Shown: piece after piece, positions 54,709-64,000 of the stretch
Layout of the letters: each line of letters starts with the position of its first letter
Numbering within the stretch: the stretch's first letter is position 1
From: Planctomycetota bacterium
GTDB lineage: Bacteria > Planctomycetota > PLA2 > JAEUHO01
Direction: 5' to 3'
Assembly (NCBI GenBank): GCA_965223505.1
Contig: CBDCWP010000038.1
Coordinates: 96,001 to 160,000, forward strand
DNA: 64,000 nucleotides
The notes under the pieces: model-generated
The model's input: the letters and a program-made list of their open reading frames with translations, nothing else
Databases searched by the model: none
What the model was told of the DNA's origin: nothing
Made by a program: the position numbers and the translations under genes

Positions 54709-56136
54709 CTACGAGGACTGGGCAAAGGACTCACGTTCGATGTCGAGGCTGCGCATGATCCGCTGCAGCGCGGCGCGCGTCATGCCGCACGTCTGCGCGG
54801 CCCGCGTCACGTTGCCCTCCGCCTCGCGAAGCGCGCGCTCGATGTAGCTGCGCTGGAACATCTGCACCGCTTGCTGCTTCGCCTGCTCGTACGGCAACGG
54901 ACCTGTGTCGGCGTCGTCCCCCGACCCGAGACCGAGGTGGGCGGGACGAATCTCGCCGCCGTCCGATACGACCAACGCGCGTTGAATGCAATTCTCCAGC
55001 TCACGCACGTTGCCGGGCCAGGCGTAGTTGCGCAGCGCCTCGAGCGCCGCCGAGGAGAGGCTCAACGTGTGGCTTCGAAGCGCCGGGACGGCTTCCGCGT
55101 ACTTCGCCATGAAGTGCATCGCCAACGCGGTGATGTCCTCCGGACGTTCGCGCAGCGGCGGCACGTCGATCGTGACGACGTTGAGCCGATAGTAGAGGTC
55201 TTCGCGGAACGCGCCCTCGGCCATGCGCTGCTCGAGGTCCTGCGCGGTCGCCGCGATCAACCGGAAGTCGACGGAGACCGGGCGCGACGTGCCGAGCGGC
55301 ACGACCTTGCGCTCCTGCAGCACCCGCAGCAGCTTGCCCTGGAACGGCCGCGACATCAGGCCGATCTCGTCGAGGAACACCGTCCCCCCGTCGGCCTGCT
55401 CGAAGATGCCCTTGCGATCCCGAACGGCGCCCGTGAACGCGCCGCGTTTGTGACCGAACAGCTCGGACTCGAGCAGCGTGTCCGGTAGCGCCGCGGTGTT
55501 CACCGCGAGAAACGGCTTGTCGTGCACCGCGCTCTTGCGGTGGGTCGCGAGCGCGACGAGCTCCTTGCCGACGCCGCTCTCGCCCGTGATCAGCACCGAC
55601 ATGGACGTCGGCGCGACCTGCGCGATGCGTTCGAGCACGGGCGTCATGCGCGCGTCGCGCGAGATGAACGGGCTCGATCCGCCGCGCCGGGTCCGGTCGG
55701 ACCGAACGCGCTCGTCCATGAGCGCCTGCATGCCGAACGATCGCATCGCGTTCTGCATCTCGTCGTTGTCGAACGGCTTCGTGATGAAGTGCGAGGCGCC
55801 GCGGTGCATCGCCGAGACCGCCATGTCGATCGTGCCGAAGCCGGTCACGAGGATCACGCGCACCCGCGGAAGCCGCTTGTGCACCTCGTCGAGCAGCTCG
55901 AGCCCGGAGAGCCCGGGCATCGTGATGTCGGAGACGATGACGTGCGGCGTCCAGGTCTGCAGCCGCGCCAGCGCGTCCTCCGCGCTGCCTTCGGCCTTCA
56001 CCTCGGCACCGAGCGCCTCCGCCAACATCGCCAGCCCGAGCCGAACGTCCGCCTCGTCGTCGACGACGAGCATGCGACAGGTTCCGGGCTCGAAGACGCG
56101 TTCCGATTCCGTCACGGTGCTCGCCTCACTCGTCAT
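54709..56136 (-). CDS. Sigma54-dependent response regulator (NtrC family: REC-AAA-HTH)
   Basis: REC DITMPG; GESGVGKE, ESELFGHKRGAFTGA, FLDEIG, FREDLYYRL, WPGNVRELEN; Fis-type HTH. Confidence 0.95.
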   Translation of the reverse strand: MTSEASTVTESERVFEPGTCRMLVVDDEADVRLGLAMLAEALGAEVKAEGSAEDALARLQTWTPHVIVSDITMPGLSGLELLDEVHKRLPRVRVILVTGFGTIDMAVSAMHRGASHFITKPFDNDEMQNAMRSFGMQALMDERVRSDRTRRGGSSPFISRDARMTPVLERIAQVAPTSMSVLITGESGVGKELVALATHRKSAVHDKPFLAVNTAALPDTLLESELFGHKRGAFTGAVRDRKGIFEQADGGTVFLDEIGLMSRPFQGKLLRVLQERKVVPLGTSRPVSVDFRLIAATAQDLEQRMAEGAFREDLYYRLNVVTIDVPPLRERPEDITALAMHFMAKYAEAVPALRSHTLSLSSAALEALRNYAWPGNVRELENCIQRALVVSDGGEIRPAHLGLGSGDDADTGPLPYEQAKQQAVQMFQRSYIERALREAEGNVTRAAQTCGMTRAALQRIMRSLDIERESFAQSS

Positions 56137-58339
56137 GATTGCTCCCCGCCCCCACCGGTGCGTCCATGCGCGCTTCCGTGCGCCACGCGGCGCGGTCGGC
56201 CTTGCGCGGCAAACGCACGGCGAACGTCGTTCCTTCGGCCCCGGTTGCGAGCAGCTCGAGCTCGCCACCGTGCTCCTGCACGATCCGGCGCGACGTCGGC
56301 AGTCCCAGACCCGTGCCGACCCCCGCGCCCTTCGTGGTGAAGAACGGCTCGAACACGCGCGGCCGCACGGCTTCCGGGATGCCGGTGCCGTCGTCCTGCA
56401 CCTCCACCTCGATGCGATCGCCCTGATCGCGCGTCGTGATGCGCACGGTGCCGCCCTCGGGGCAGGCCTGCGCCGCGTTCATCAGGAGATTGATGAACAC
56501 CTGTCGCAGCTGGACCTCGTCGCCGACGATCACCGATCGGGTCGCGCCGGCGCTCACGTCCAGCGCAACGCGGGCACGCTGCAGGATCGGACGCAGGAAG
56601 CCCTGCACGTCGTCGATGAGATCATGGACGTCGAAGGGCGCCGTCTCGAAGGAGCCGCGCGCGGCCAGGTCGAGCAGTCCCGAGATGGTCTGCTTGCACG
56701 TCTTCACGTTGCGGCCGATGACGTCGGCGCTCTCGTGCAACGTCGTGCCGGGCTCGAGCTTCTTCTGCAGCATCTGCGCGAACATCGAGATCGCGGCAAG
56801 CGGGTTGTTGAGCTCGTGCGCCATGACCGCCGCGATCTCGCCGAGCACCGACATGCGCTCCTGATGCGCTTGCGACTCCTGCAGACCGATGCGCTCGGTG
56901 AGGTCGCGCGAAACGCACAATCGGCTGGGCGTGCTACCGGGCGCCGCCGGCAACGTGGTCGTGTGCACCTCGAAGATGCGTCCGTCGTTCTCGACCACGC
57001 AGGCCTGATGTCCGCTGTCGACGTCCGCCAGACACGAGAGGCAACCGCCCTCGGGACGTGCGGCGTGCTTGCAATCCAGACGCCGCGACTCTTGCGAACG
57101 CCGCCGGAACGCTTCGACGATCGGCCCGGCCGCGGCGTTGGCCAGCGTGACGCCGCCCCCCGCGTCCAGGATGAAGAGGCCGTCTTCCATCGAATGGATG
57201 ACGGCGTGCAGCCGGTCGCGCTCGAGGCGGATGTCCTGCTCGCGGCCGCGCAAGGTCTGCGCCGCCGCCTCGAGCTGCTGGCGGCGGTCCTCCATGGCGT
57301 CGGCCATGACGTTGAACGCGTTGGCGAGGTCGCCGATCTCGTCGCCGGACTCGTGGTCGACACGGGCCTGTAGATCGCCCGCCCCGATCTTGCGCGCCGT
57401 CTCCGCGATGTTCGAGAGCGGGTTGAGCAGGAACCGTACGGGAAAGAACAGAACGCCGGCCGTCAACAGCAGCAACGCCAGACCGATGAGCAGGTACTGG
57501 TTGCGCAGCTTGTCGGCGGGCGCGATCGCCTGCGCCCGATCCACGCCGAGGCCCATCTGCCAACCGGTTCGCGCGACGGACCTCCGATACCCGATCACGG
57601 CGGGGTCGTCGAGATCCGCGGCCTTCGACGACGACGCGTTCAGCAGGTCGAGCGTCACCCCGTCGCGTCCCGTGAGCTGCAGGCTGGACAGCGTCATCTG
57701 CGGCAACGTGCCCAGCTCCGTCATGCCGGCGATCCAGGTGTCCGCCCGCACGACGAGTTGCAGCGTGCCGACGCGCCCGTCGCCCGTGAGCGGACGCAGC
57801 GGCGTCGAGATGCGAAACGTCGGATAGGGGTGCTGCGCGGTCGCCGCCGTCAGATCGCCGACGGTGGTGGCGTCGACGGCCGCGCCGGCCGCGTCGCCTT
57901 CGACCCCGGCCGGCGAAGCGACGTGCACCCGGCCGTCGGTCGTGAGCAACACCGCGCCGACGAACGAGGGAACGAGCGGCAGCTTGTTGTCGCGCAGGTG
58001 CTGCTCGAGCGCCGCGTGGACCGCGGACGCGGCGTCGCCGTCGTCGTGGGACCGGTGCTCGACGAGCTGGGAGAGGCTCGACCGAATGAACCCGTCGCTC
58101 GCGAAGTCCTCCGCGCGGCGTCCGTGTAGATCCAGATGACCCTCGACGACGACGTGCACCGAGGCGGCGCGTTCGTCGAGACGGCGCTCGATTTGCTCCG
58201 TGAGCGCCGTACGCGCCTCCGAGGTCAGCACCACGCCGCCGATGCCGAACGCGACGAGGCAGATGGCGAGAAACGTCAAGGGCAGCTTGTAGCGGATGCG
58301 AACACGGGACAGCGGATCACGCAACGCCGACGCTCCCAC
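56126..58339 (-). CDS. Membrane sensor histidine kinase (2 TM, HAMP, Cys-containing PAS, HisKA, HATPase)
   Basis: DEIGDLANAFNVM, AHELNNPL, NLLMNA, DDGTGI, FFTTK, GTGLGL; overlaps the regulator start. Confidence 0.93.
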   Translation of the reverse strand: MGASALRDPLSRVRIRYKLPLTFLAICLVAFGIGGVVLTSEARTALTEQIERRLDERAASVHVVVEGHLDLHGRRAEDFASDGFIRSSLSQLVEHRSHDDGDAASAVHAALEQHLRDNKLPLVPSFVGAVLLTTDGRVHVASPAGVEGDAAGAAVDATTVGDLTAATAQHPYPTFRISTPLRPLTGDGRVGTLQLVVRADTWIAGMTELGTLPQMTLSSLQLTGRDGVTLDLLNASSSKAADLDDPAVIGYRRSVARTGWQMGLGVDRAQAIAPADKLRNQYLLIGLALLLLTAGVLFFPVRFLLNPLSNIAETARKIGAGDLQARVDHESGDEIGDLANAFNVMADAMEDRRQQLEAAAQTLRGREQDIRLERDRLHAVIHSMEDGLFILDAGGGVTLANAAAGPIVEAFRRRSQESRRLDCKHAARPEGGCLSCLADVDSGHQACVVENDGRIFEVHTTTLPAAPGSTPSRLCVSRDLTERIGLQESQAHQERMSVLGEIAAVMAHELNNPLAAISMFAQMLQKKLEPGTTLHESADVIGRNVKTCKQTISGLLDLAARGSFETAPFDVHDLIDDVQGFLRPILQRARVALDVSAGATRSVIVGDEVQLRQVFINLLMNAAQACPEGGTVRITTRDQGDRIEVEVQDDGTGIPEAVRPRVFEPFFTTKGAGVGTGLGLPTSRRIVQEHGGELELLATGAEGTTFAVRLPRKADRAAWRTEARMDAPVGAGSNHDE

Positions 58340-59249
58340 TGCCGACGCCGTCGATGATCCGCCGGGCGTTCCCGCCGAACACCTTCACGAGGTCGTCGTC
58401 ATCGGCGCCGAGCTGTTCCAGCGCCTGCTTCTGACCTTCGTACAGGTCCTTGCGCCAGCCACGCGGGAACGTGCTGGAGTCGGTGCCGAAGAGGACGCGG
58501 TCGGGGCCGAAGACGTCCATCGCGCGGTCGAACACTTCGACGAGCGTGAGGCCGCCCGGCTGCGTGCGTCGCCACGAGTTGGACGACGACGTCTCGACGT
58601 ACACGTTCTCGCATTGCACGCCGGCCATCAGGCATTCGCGGAAGAGGCCGGCGCCGAAGTGCGGGATGACGAACGGAACGTGCGGAAACGCGTTGGCCAC
58701 GGGCACGATGCCGAGCGGGTTGGCGTAGGTCGGGTCGTATGGGCGCGGCAACCCGAGCAGGTCGCGAAGCTTGACCTCGAGGATGCCGCAGTGGACGACC
58801 GCGACGGCCTTGTGGCTGTCCAACACCTCGAAGAAGCCGCGACACGAGAGGTCCTCGGGATGGAAGTGGTGCATCGCGGGAAAGAGCAGCACGCCTTTGA
58901 ATCCGCCTTCTTCGAGATGCTGTTCCGCGACCGCGGGCGCGTCGTCGGCGGTCGGATCGACGAGCACGTAGCCGGTGAGCCGCTCGGGCTCGGCGCGCAC
59001 CGCCGCTGACACCGCGTCGGCCTCGTGGGGCAGGCTGGCGAACGTGACCGCGTGGTCGACGCCGTTGGCGTCGAGCTCCGCGATCCAGCGCCGGGTGTGG
59101 GCGCCGACGTCCGGCTCGGGCATCTCGATGCCGGTCTGGTCGGCGACCTGGCGCAGCTTCTCTTCGGGGTCGCCGGGCAGCGGCGACATCCCGGCGAGCG
59201 CGTCGAAGAAGGGGCGCGAGAAGAAGTGCGTATGGGCGTCGAGCAGCAC
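58317..59249 (-). CDS. Amidohydrolase family protein
   Basis: DAHTH, VHCG, PHFG and LFGTDSS motifs. GTG 59249; overlaps the kinase start. Confidence 0.88.
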   Translation of the reverse strand: MLLDAHTHFFSRPFFDALAGMSPLPGDPEEKLRQVADQTGIEMPEPDVGAHTRRWIAELDANGVDHAVTFASLPHEADAVSAAVRAEPERLTGYVLVDPTADDAPAVAEQHLEEGGFKGVLLFPAMHHFHPEDLSCRGFFEVLDSHKAVAVVHCGILEVKLRDLLGLPRPYDPTYANPLGIVPVANAFPHVPFVIPHFGAGLFRECLMAGVQCENVYVETSSSNSWRRTQPGGLTLVEVFDRAMDVFGPDRVLFGTDSSTFPRGWRKDLYEGQKQALEQLGADDDDLVKVFGGNARRIIDGVGSGSVGVA

Positions 59250-59416
59250 GCGGGACCTCGGGGGCGGAGGAAGGGGCTGCCGGGGAATATCAATCCGTGT
59301 GCCGTAGAGGCCGCGCCCGATGGGCCTGCCGCGGGGGGTCGGGTGTGTGGAATTTTGCGCAATCGCCGGCCGCGACGGTGCGTCGGATCGCGCAGAAATT
59401 GGCCTGCGAACAGGGG

Positions 59417-59446
59417 TTGACAACGACACTAACGAAACACTAACAT
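59417..59446 (+). promoter_or_regulatory. Sigma70-type promoter of imuA with overlapping direct-repeat operator candidate
   Basis: TTGACA (59417) - 18 bp - TAACAT (59441); ACACTAAC at 59426 and 59437. Confidence 0.65.
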
Positions 59447-59452
59447 ATAGGT

Positions 59453-60310
59453 ATGAACGCCACACCGAAGACCCGGGAAGCCCGCATGGCCGAGATCGCG
59501 CGCGCGTTTCGCAAGTACGCGCGAACGAATGCGGCTTCCTCACAGCTCTCCCGATGTCCCGTCGCTTCTCCCTCCTCGACTCCGTCCTCGACTCCCTCGC
59601 AGATGCACTGTGTGCCGACCGGCTGGCCGGCGTTGGATCGAGTGCTCGGCGCCGGTGGTCTGGCGCGCGGCGCACTGCACGAGTGGTTCGGCGTCGACGC
59701 TCCGGAAGGCGCCTCCCCGCCCGCGACTGTCCCCCCTTTGCATCTGCTCGCCCATCTCGCCGAGCGTGCGACACGACCGACGCCGGTGACCAAACGCACG
59801 AGTGTGCTTTGGATCGGTCGCAAGGTGTGGCCGTACCCGATCGCCATGAGCGCCGCGTTGCTCGAACGCTCCGTCTTCGTGGATCCACCCGACGATCGCA
59901 GCCGCCTGCGCGCGATCGACCTATGTCTGCGCGCGCGTTCGGTGGGCGCCGTCGTCGCCGACGCGCGCGGACTACGCATGGCCGAAAGCCGGCGACTGCA
60001 GCTGGCGGCGCAGGCCGGCGACACCTTCGCCTTGTTGGCGCGACCGTCCGGCGAACGCGACGAGCTCTCGGTCGCCGCGACCCGTTGGCACGTGTCGCGC
60101 GTCGCGAACACCGGCCGCGTGAGCTGGGAGCTCGATCTGCTGCGCTTCAAAGGCTCCCTGCATCGGTCGAATCTCTCTGTCGCCGGCCGTGTCGGCAATC
60201 TGGGGCGGTGGAAGCTGGAGCTCAACGATGCAACGGGTGTTGTCCGTGAACTTCCCGATGTGGTCGGTCGACCTGTTCCGACGAAACGAACAGCAGCGCG
60301 GGTCGGGTAG
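59453..60310 (+). CDS. imuA: ImuA-like (RecA/SulA-like) mutagenesis protein
   Basis: TGWPALDRVL..GGLARGALHEW and SRRLQLAA...AATRW; first gene of the cassette. Confidence 0.88.
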   Translation: MNATPKTREARMAEIARAFRKYARTNAASSQLSRCPVASPSSTPSSTPSQMHCVPTGWPALDRVLGAGGLARGALHEWFGVDAPEGASPPATVPPLHLLAHLAERATRPTPVTKRTSVLWIGRKVWPYPIAMSAALLERSVFVDPPDDRSRLRAIDLCLRARSVGAVVADARGLRMAESRRLQLAAQAGDTFALLARPSGERDELSVAATRWHVSRVANTGRVSWELDLLRFKGSLHRSNLSVAGRVGNLGRWKLELNDATGVVRELPDVVGRPVPTKRTAARVG

Positions 60311-61790
60311 CTCGTCCGAAGCGGTCTTGCTGACGGAGACCGCGAACGGACACGAGACCGTCGTGCAATGCTGCGAACGCGCCCGGCGCATGGGCGTGCA
60401 CGCGGGTCTGCATCTGGCCGAGGCGCAAGCACTGCTGGTCGGACATCCGTCTCGCTCCGCGCCGTTCGACGCGCGCCGCGACGACGAGGCGTTGAAGTCG
60501 CTCGCGGCCTGGGCTTCGCGCTTCTCCCCCACCGTGGCCGTGGATCCGTTCGCGCCTTCGGGAACGGGCGGACTCTTGCTCGACATCAAGGGATGCGAGC
60601 GCCTGTTCGGCGGCGAGCAACGGGTGATGAACGCCTTGGCCGACGCCGTTCGACGCTTCGGCATTCGGGTGCGTACGGCCCTGGCGGACACGGTCGGCTG
60701 CGCTTGGGCGGTGGCGCGATTCGGAACGAACGAACGAACGGCCGTTGCGCCGGGCGACGAACGGGCCGTGTTGTCTCCGCTTCCGGTCGAGTCCTTGCGC
60801 ATCGACGAGAAGGCGGTGGACGCGCTGTTCGAGGTCAGCGTGGAACAGATCGGACATCTCTTCGCTCTCTCGCGCCGCGAGCTGGTCGTTCGGTTCGGCG
60901 AAGCGCTCCTATTGCGTCTCGATCAGGCTCTGGGGGAAGCCATGGAGCGGGTCACACCGACGCCGATCGTTCCGCCGCTGCGTCTTCACCGCGAGTTCAA
61001 CGGCGTCGTAAAGAACCTCGAGGCGATCGAACGCACCGTGCACGAGCTGGTGATCGACATCGTCAACGAGCTTCGGCAACGCCAGTGCGGCGCGCGCGAG
61101 CTGAAGATCGAGATGACGCGCGCGTTCCTGGATCCGGTTCGCGAGGTGCTCGTGCTGACACGGCCCAGCGTGGATGCGGATCACTTGTGGGCACTGCTGC
61201 GTCCCAAGATCGAGAAGGTGCATCTGGGGGACGGCGTCGAGCGCATCTCGATCCAAGCGGGCCGCGTCGCGTCGCTTTCGCACCATCAGACGACGACCTG
61301 GAACGCGGGCGACACGCAGCCCACCGACCGCGAGCTGGCCGAGCTCCTGGACGTGCTGGTCGGCGAATGCGGTCCCGAGCGCGTGGTACGCGTCGAGCCG
61401 CTCGCTTCGCACGTTCCCGAGCACGCTTTCGCCTTCCATTCGGTTTTGGGTCGTTCGGTATTGGAGCCGGGGCGAATCGCAGCCACGCCCACATCTCCTG
61501 CCGAACGACCTTCCCTCTTGCTGGATCGACCCGAACCCATCGAGGTGCTGGCGTTGTTGCCCGACGGCCCCCCTTCGTGGTTGCGTTGGCGGAAGCGCGA
61601 ACGCCGGGTCGTTCATGCCGTCGGCCCGGAACGGATCGGCGCGCCGTGGTGGAACGGACGGAGCGAAGATCTCGAACGCTGTCTGGCGTTTCGTGACTAC
61701 TTCAAGATCCAGGACGAGCACGGGCAATGGCTCTGGGTCTTCCGTGGCACCGAGACCGGACGCTGGTTCGTGCACGGAGAGTGGGCGTAG
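60228..61790 (+). CDS. imuB: ImuB, inactive Y-family polymerase
   Basis: RFSPTVA, LDIKGCERLFGGE, LPVESLR, RLDQALG, GPERI..PWW, RDYF and WFVHG. Confidence 0.92.
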   Translation: MQRVLSVNFPMWSVDLFRRNEQQRGSGSSSEAVLLTETANGHETVVQCCERARRMGVHAGLHLAEAQALLVGHPSRSAPFDARRDDEALKSLAAWASRFSPTVAVDPFAPSGTGGLLLDIKGCERLFGGEQRVMNALADAVRRFGIRVRTALADTVGCAWAVARFGTNERTAVAPGDERAVLSPLPVESLRIDEKAVDALFEVSVEQIGHLFALSRRELVVRFGEALLLRLDQALGEAMERVTPTPIVPPLRLHREFNGVVKNLEAIERTVHELVIDIVNELRQRQCGARELKIEMTRAFLDPVREVLVLTRPSVDADHLWALLRPKIEKVHLGDGVERISIQAGRVASLSHHQTTTWNAGDTQPTDRELAELLDVLVGECGPERVVRVEPLASHVPEHAFAFHSVLGRSVLEPGRIAATPTSPAERPSLLLDRPEPIEVLALLPDGPPSWLRWRKRERRVVHAVGPERIGAPWWNGRSEDLERCLAFRDYFKIQDEHGQWLWVFRGTETGRWFVHGEWA

Positions 61791-61796
61791 GCCGCC

Positions 61797-64000
61797 ATGC
61801 CGCCCGACCGGCCCTCCCCGAAGATCGTTCCGCATCCGTGGCTACATCGCACCGGCTCGCGCTCGAAAGCCGCGCGGCACGACGCCGTGCACGCGGCCTA
61901 TGCCGAGCTGCAGGTCACCTCCAACTTCACGTTCTTGACCGGCGCCAGCAACCCGGAGGAGCTGGTCGAGCAGGCCGCGCATCTCGAGCACGGCGCGATC
62001 GCGCTGACCGACCGCAACACGCTGGGCGGTGTCGTTCGTGCGCACGTCGCGGCGCGTGAGACCGGCATGCCGTTCGTCGTCGGATGCCGGCTCGACTTCC
62101 TCGAAGAGACGGGCGCCGACGCGGTGCTCGTCTATCCGACCGACCGGGCGGCGTACGGCCGGTTGTGCGGGCTGCTCACGGTCGGCAAGCGCCGCGCACC
62201 GAAAGGGGAATGCCATCTCGCTCCGGCGGATCTGCTCGACCATCAAGAAGGGTTGCTGGCGGTCGTCGTGCCGCCCGAGGACCTGGACGGGTTCGCGGAA
62301 CGGGTTCGCTCGCTCGGCGCCGTCTTCGACGACGACCGGCTCTCCATCGCGACCTCGTGTCTATACGGAACGAACGACGAGCGGCGCCTGCAGCGGCTCA
62401 TGGAGATCAGCGGCACGACCGGCGTCCCGTTGGTCGCGACCAACGACGTGCACTACCACTTGCCGGAGCGGCGGGCGTTGCAGGACGTGCTCACCTGCGT
62501 GCGGCATGGCTGCACGCTCGACGAGGCCGGCTTCCGGCTCTTCCCGCACGGCGAACGGCATCTGAAGCCCGCGCACCGCATGGCGCGTCTGTTCCGGGCC
62601 TGTCCCGAGGCGCTCGAGCGCACCTCGGAGATCGCAGAGCGCGCGTCCCGGTTCTCCCTCGACGAGCTGCGCTACCAGTACCCGGAGGAAACGCGTCCGC
62701 CGGGCACGACGCCGATGGAACACCTGATCGCGCTGACGTGGGAGGGCGCGGAAGAGCGCTATCCCGACGGCATCCCCGCGCAGGTCCGGCGTTCGCTCGA
62801 ACACGAGTTCGCCGTCATCGCGGAGCTCAACTACGCGCCCTACTTCCTGACCGTTCACGACATCGTCGCGTTTGCGCGTTCGCGCGGGATCCTCTGCCAG
62901 GGACGCGGCGCGGCGGCCAACTCGGCTGTGTGCTATTGCCTCGGTGTGACCGCGGTCGATCCCGACAAGGTGTCGCTCCTGTTCGAGCGCTTCGTGAGCA
63001 AGGAGCGCGACGAGCCGCCGGACATCGACGTCGACTTCGAGCACGAGCGGCGCGAAGAGGTGCTGCAGTACGTCTACGAGAAGTACGGCCGTGATCGCGC
63101 CGCGTTGACCGCCGAGGTCATCACCTACCGCGGCCGCAGCGCCGTGCGCGACGTCGGCAAGGCGCTCGGCTTGTCGCTGGACCTGGTGGACCGGCTCGCC
63201 AAGAACGTGGGGTGGGAGCTCGAGAGCTTCCAGGACGACCGGTTGCGCGAGATCGGCGTCGACCCGTCGAACCCGATGATCGGGCGCTTGCTCTCGCTGT
63301 GCGAGGACGTCATCGGGTTCCCACGCCACCGCTCGCAGCACGTCGGCGGGTTCGTCATCACGCGCGACCGGCTCTGCGAGCTCGTCCCCATCGAGAACTG
63401 CGCCATGGACGACCGCACGGTGATCGAGTGGGACAAGGACGACATCGACGCGATGGGCATGCTGAAGGTGGACCTGCTCGCACTCGGGATGCTGACCTGC
63501 GTTCGCAAGGCGATCCAACTGGTGAACGGCGCGCCGCGGGCCGCGTCGGAGAACGCCGGCCGTTTGGAGGAGCGCGCCAAGGCGTTCGAGCGTCACGGTC
63601 TGACGTTGCACACGATCCCCGCGGAAGACCCGGCCGTCTACGACATGATCTGCAAGGCCGACACGGTCGGCGTCTTCCAGATCGAGTCGCGCGCGCAGAT
63701 GGCGATGTTGCCGCGGCTTCGGCCGCGCGAGTTCTACGATCTGGTCATCGAGGTCGCGATCGTGCGGCCCGGCCCGATTCACGGCGGGATGGTGCATCCC
63801 TACCTGCGCCGGCGCGCGGGCGAGGAAGCGCCCGAGGTCCACGAACCGAAGGTGCAGAAGATCCTCGGCAAGACGTTGGGCGTGCCGCTCTTCCAGGAGC
63901 AGGCCATGGCGTTGGCCGTGGAGGCCGGCGGCTTCACGCCCGGCGAGGCCGACGAGCTGCGCCGTTCGATGGCGGCGTGGAAGCGCAAGGGCAAGGAGAT
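61797..64000 (+). CDS. dnaE2: Error-prone DNA polymerase DnaE2/ImuC (runs off window end)
   Basis: Not in ORF track. Manual translation gives YAELQVTSNFTFLTGASNPEEL, QGRGAAANS, PPDIDVDFEHERRE, SQHVGGFVI and GVFQIESRAQM. Confidence 0.95.
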   Translation, partial: MPPDRPSPKIVPHPWLHRTGSRSKAARHDAVHAAYAELQVTSNFTFLTGASNPEELVEQAAHLEHGAIALTDRNTLGGVVRAHVAARETGMPFVVGCRLDFLEETGADAVLVYPTDRAAYGRLCGLLTVGKRRAPKGECHLAPADLLDHQEGLLAVVVPPEDLDGFAERVRSLGAVFDDDRLSIATSCLYGTNDERRLQRLMEISGTTGVPLVATNDVHYHLPERRALQDVLTCVRHGCTLDEAGFRLFPHGERHLKPAHRMARLFRACPEALERTSEIAERASRFSLDELRYQYPEETRPPGTTPMEHLIALTWEGAEERYPDGIPAQVRRSLEHEFAVIAELNYAPYFLTVHDIVAFARSRGILCQGRGAAANSAVCYCLGVTAVDPDKVSLLFERFVSKERDEPPDIDVDFEHERREEVLQYVYEKYGRDRAALTAEVITYRGRSAVRDVGKALGLSLDLVDRLAKNVGWELESFQDDRLREIGVDPSNPMIGRLLSLCEDVIGFPRHRSQHVGGFVITRDRLCELVPIENCAMDDRTVIEWDKDDIDAMGMLKVDLLALGMLTCVRKAIQLVNGAPRAASENAGRLEERAKAFERHGLTLHTIPAEDPAVYDMICKADTVGVFQIESRAQMAMLPRLRPREFYDLVIEVAIVRPGPIHGGMVHPYLRRRAGEEAPEVHEPKVQKILGKTLGVPLFQEQAMALAVEAGGFTPGEADELRRSMAAWKRKGKE

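Overview
GC-rich bacterial chromosome segment. Planctomycetota is suggested by the ECF sigma factors with long C-terminal fusions and the HEAT and carboxypeptidase-regulatory-like exported proteins, but this is inference. The core is an ~18 kb single-strand respiratory cluster (33924->15589): membrane-anchored diheme cytochrome c (NarC-like), narGHJI, narK, a complete actABCDEF alternative complex III, and a second NarK/NRT2 transporter fused to a DoxX domain. No terminal oxidase genes accompany the ACIII in this window. Upstream are a sigma54-like -24/-12 element and three related palindromes. A sigma54 activator and a Cys-cluster PAS histidine kinase lie ~20 kb away. The rest of the window holds nadK (partial), ahcY, a tandem structured repeat, a FIST protein with a hybrid kinase, GNAT paralogs, two ECF fusions, a DinB-like pair, an IS630 remnant, two PilZ paralogs, a THUMP methyltransferase, an MMPL transporter, a DRHyd/TPR conflict-type protein and an imuA-imuB-dnaE2 cassette with a direct-repeat operator candidate. 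Three genes appear broken: one by an in-frame TAG, one by an internal deletion and one by a frameshift. I saw no rRNA, tRNA or CRISPR array. All calls are from reading motifs by eye; no searches were run.
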